IMG/VR virus record: IMGVR_UViG_2526164666_000036
Location: 1 to 16,022 of that record
DNA: 16,022 nucleotides
Strand: one strand, 5' to 3'
DNA from: a virus
Taxonomy: Duplodnaviria > Heunggongvirae > Uroviricota > Caudoviricetes
Shown here: piece after piece, positions 13,230 through 16,022 of the stretch
How the letters are laid out: each line of letters begins with the position of its first letter
Numbering within the stretch: the first letter of the stretch is position 1
The notes under the pieces: model-generated
The model's input: only the letters and a program-made list of their open reading frames with translations
Database searches by the model: none
Told to the model about the DNA's origin: nothing
Made by a program: the position numbers and the translations under genes

Positions 13230-15701
13230 ATGAGTAAAGTCTTTATTTGCGCCGCCATTCCGGACGAACAGGCAATAAAAGAAGAGGGCGCAGTTGCTGT
13301 AGCCACTGCCATTGAAGCCGGTGATGAACGCCGCGCCCGTGCCAAATTTACCTGGCAATTCCTGGAGCAATATCCTGCTGCTCAGGACTGCGCTTATAAA
13401 TTTCTTGTCTGCGAAGATAAACCTGGCATGCCCCGCCCTGCTATCGACTCCTGGGATACCGAATATATGCAGGAAAACCGCTGGGATGAGGAATCCGCTT
13501 CCTTTATTCCGGTCGAACCAGAATCCGATCCTATTAACGTCAATTTTGACAAGCTGTCCCTTGAAGTACAGAACGCGGTCCTGGTTAAGTTCGGTACATG
13601 TGAAAACATCACCGTTGATATGGCGATTGACGCGCAGGAATTACTGCAAGAAGACGTGGCTACCTTTGACGGACATATCGTTGAAGCACTGATGAAAACG
13701 CCTGAAATTAACGCTATGTATCCGGAACGCAAACTGTTCGCTATCGGATGGGTTAAACACAAATGTAAGCCGGGTACCAAATGGCCCGAAATTCAGGCTG
13801 AATTACGTAACTGGAAAAAACGGCAGGACGCAGAGCGCAAAGAGACTGGAAAATACACGTCTGTTGTTGATCTTGCCCGCGCCAAAGCCAACCGACAGCA
13901 CACTGAAAACCCAGCAGAAAAAATCCCTCCTGTAACTGCCGCCATTCATCGCGAATACAAGCAGACATGGAAAACCCTGGACAGGGAGCTGGCCTACTAT
14001 CTCTGGCCTGGTGATGCGGATGCCGGAAACATTGACGGCAGCATCCTTCGCTGGGCTAAAAATGAAGTTATCGCCAGAGATCGCGAAGACTGGAAGCGCA
14101 TCTCCGCATCAATGCGCAAACAACCTGATGCGCTTCGCTACAGCCGCCAGACTATTTTTGGCCTTGTCCGTGAACGTCCGATCGACATTCACAAAGACCC
14201 TGTGGCACTGAACAAATACATTACTGAATACCTGACTACAAAGGGCGTGTTTGAAGATGAAGGAAGAAATCAGAGCGCAACTGATACTCTCTCGTCGCCA
14301 GTACCAGAAACTGATGCAGTGGAAACGGCAATTCAGGACAACGAAAAAACCGAATGCAAAGTGGAAGTCGAATCATCTGTAGAGCGTGAGGGGCCGTTCT
14401 ACTTCCTCTTCAGCGACAAGGATGGCGAAAAATACGGTCGTGCAAACAAACTTTCTGGTCTGAATAAGGCGCTGGCTGCAGGGGCTACTGAAATCACGAA
14501 AGAAGAATATTTTGCCCGCAAAAACGGTACATACTCAGGTTCACAACAAAATACTGGTGCATCTGACACGATCGCACAACCGGAGCCGGTAAAAGTTACC
14601 GCTGACGAAGTAAACAAAATTATGCAGGCAGCCAATATCAGCCAGCCTGACGCCGATAAGTTGCTTGCTGTATCACGTGGTGAATTTGTTGCAGGGATTA
14701 GCGACCCGAATGATCCGAAATGGGTGAAGGAGATTGAAACCCGCGATTCAGTGAATCAGAACCAGCAAGAAACGGAACAGAACGACCAGAAAGCGGAACA
14801 AAACAGCCCAAATGCGTTACAAAACGAGCCAGAAACGAAACAATCCGAACCAGTAGTGCAACAGGAACCGGAAAAAGTCTGCACCGCCTGCGGTCAGAGC
14901 GGTGGCGGCAACTGCCCCGATTGTGGCGCTGTCATGGGCAACGCAACATACCAGGAAACATTCGATGAAGAGAATCAGGTTGAAGCTCAGGAGAATGATC
15001 CGGAGGAAATGGAAGGCGCTGAACATCCACACAAGGAGAACACTGGCGGCAATCAGCATCACGCCAGCGATAGTGAAACTGGCGAGGCGGCAGATCCCTT
15101 AATTAAGGTGAATGGTCATCACAATCTCACATCCACCAGCAGAGCGGGGATTCATCTGATGATCGACATTGAAACCATGGGAAAAAATCCCAATGCCGCG
15201 ATTATCTCAATAGGCGCAATATTTTTCGATCCACAAACCGGAGATATGGGACCGGAATTTAGCAAGACCATCGATCTGGATACTGCTGGCGGAGTTATTG
15301 ATCGTGACGTCATTAAATGGTGGCTGAAGCAATCACGTGAAGCGCAGTCTGCCATTCTGACCGATGAAATCCCGTTAGATGATGCACTACTGCAATTGCG
15401 GGAATTTATCGCCGAAAACTCCGGTGAATTTTTTGTTCAGGTCTGGGGAAATGGAGCCAACTTCGACAACGTGATTTTACGCCGTTCATACGAACGGCAG
15501 GGGATCCCCTGCCCCTGGCACTACCACAACGATCGCGATGTACGCACAATCGTTGAGCTAGGGAAAGCCATAGACTTCGATGCCAGAACAGCTATCCCAT
15601 TCGAAGGTGAGCGCCACAATGCACTTGATGACGCCCGTTACCAGGCAAAATACGTTTCAGCTATCTGGCAAAAACTGATCCCGAGTCAGGCTGATTTTTA
15701 A
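13230..15701 (+). CDS. Large prophage protein (YdfE-like N-terminus) with internal zinc ribbon and C-terminal DEDDh (DnaQ-like) 3'-5' exonuclease domain, 823 aa
   Basis: C-terminal motifs MIDIETMG (Exo I), GNGANFDNVIL (Exo II), HNALDDARYQA (Exo III); CTACG...CPDCG ribbon around 14878-14930; Q/E-rich low-complexity linker around 14755-14875. Confidence 0.8.
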   Translation: MSKVFICAAIPDEQAIKEEGAVAVATAIEAGDERRARAKFTWQFLEQYPAAQDCAYKFLVCEDKPGMPRPAIDSWDTEYMQENRWDEESASFIPVEPESDPINVNFDKLSLEVQNAVLVKFGTCENITVDMAIDAQELLQEDVATFDGHIVEALMKTPEINAMYPERKLFAIGWVKHKCKPGTKWPEIQAELRNWKKRQDAERKETGKYTSVVDLARAKANRQHTENPAEKIPPVTAAIHREYKQTWKTLDRELAYYLWPGDADAGNIDGSILRWAKNEVIARDREDWKRISASMRKQPDALRYSRQTIFGLVRERPIDIHKDPVALNKYITEYLTTKGVFEDEGRNQSATDTLSSPVPETDAVETAIQDNEKTECKVEVESSVEREGPFYFLFSDKDGEKYGRANKLSGLNKALAAGATEITKEEYFARKNGTYSGSQQNTGASDTIAQPEPVKVTADEVNKIMQAANISQPDADKLLAVSRGEFVAGISDPNDPKWVKEIETRDSVNQNQQETEQNDQKAEQNSPNALQNEPETKQSEPVVQQEPEKVCTACGQSGGGNCPDCGAVMGNATYQETFDEENQVEAQENDPEEMEGAEHPHKENTGGNQHHASDSETGEAADPLIKVNGHHNLTSTSRAGIHLMIDIETMGKNPNAAIISIGAIFFDPQTGDMGPEFSKTIDLDTAGGVIDRDVIKWWLKQSREAQSAILTDEIPLDDALLQLREFIAENSGEFFVQVWGNGANFDNVILRRSYERQGIPCPWHYHNDRDVRTIVELGKAIDFDARTAIPFEGERHNALDDARYQAKYVSAIWQKLIPSQADF

Positions 15702-15770
15702 TGTTCAACCATCGCCGGTTGTGACTGGTATTCTGCAACCGGCCCTCATCTGATGTAAGAGATAAAAGCG

Positions 15771-16022
15771 ATGAGCGAAGTAATCATGATTGTCTCTCCC
15801 GGTAAATGGGTATCCGAAGAGCAGTTAATTGCGCTGAAAGGAATAAAAAAAGGTACGTTAAAAAAGGCCCGGGAAAAATCGTTTATGGAAGGAAGGGAAT
15901 ATAAGCATGTCGCTCATGACGGTATGCCATGGGATAACAGTCCATGCTTTTACAACCTGGAAGAAATTGATCGCTGGATTGAGCGCCAGGCATCTGCAAG
16001 ACCAAGACGTCATCTTGCTTGA
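15771..16022 (+). CDS. Excisionase-like small DNA-binding protein, 83 aa
   Basis: Small basic protein at the prophage end downstream of the recombination-region gene; size, position and YNLEEIDRW-type C-terminus fit Xis/AlpA-like proteins. Assignment is positional. Confidence 0.5.
   Translation: MSEVIMIVSPGKWVSEEQLIALKGIKKGTLKKAREKSFMEGREYKHVAHDGMPWDNSPCFYNLEEIDRWIERQASARPRRHLA

Noticed and set aside
13312-14635. Several 66-128 aa ORFs on both strands inside the 823-aa gene
   Set aside because: Nested in or antisense to one long continuous frame with recognisable C-terminal domain motifs.
15702-15770. Inverted repeat CCGGTTG...CAACCGG after the 823-aa gene as a terminator
   Set aside because: 7-bp stem with 14-nt loop and no following U-tract; more likely read-through into the excisionase-like gene.
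1-16022. CRISPR array, IS element or integron features
   Set aside because: No regularly spaced direct repeats with unique spacers, no transposase-like ORF and no terminal inverted repeats were seen.

Overview
This window reads as a segment of an E. coli-type lambdoid prophage (Rac/Qin-like mosaic), almost fully coding. From high to low coordinate: an excisionase-like gene and an 823-aa protein with a C-terminal DEDDh exonuclease domain; a dicA-controlled early operon on the + strand (YdfA-like, an unrecognised 212-aa protein, DicF sRNA, DicB, YdfD-like); a divergent immunity switch (DicA/RacR-like repressor on +, Cro-like and YdaT/CII-like on -); a replication module (O-like initiator carrying an internal iteron origin, DnaC-like loader); a tightly packed block of small accessory genes with overlapping start/stop codons; a DUF551-like protein; hokD; a DUF968/HNH-like protein; RusA; a Q-like antiterminator with a PR'-like late promoter and two tandem terminators; and a short NanS-p-like esterase ORF at the window edge. 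No rRNA, tRNA, CRISPR array, IS element or stx genes were seen. I could not identify a clear-cut new system. The best candidates for undescribed function are the 212-aa protein inside the dicF/dicB operon, the two-gene unit sitting where K-12 Qin carries relBE, and the coupled small-gene cassette. All family assignments are from motif reading and recall, not from database searches.
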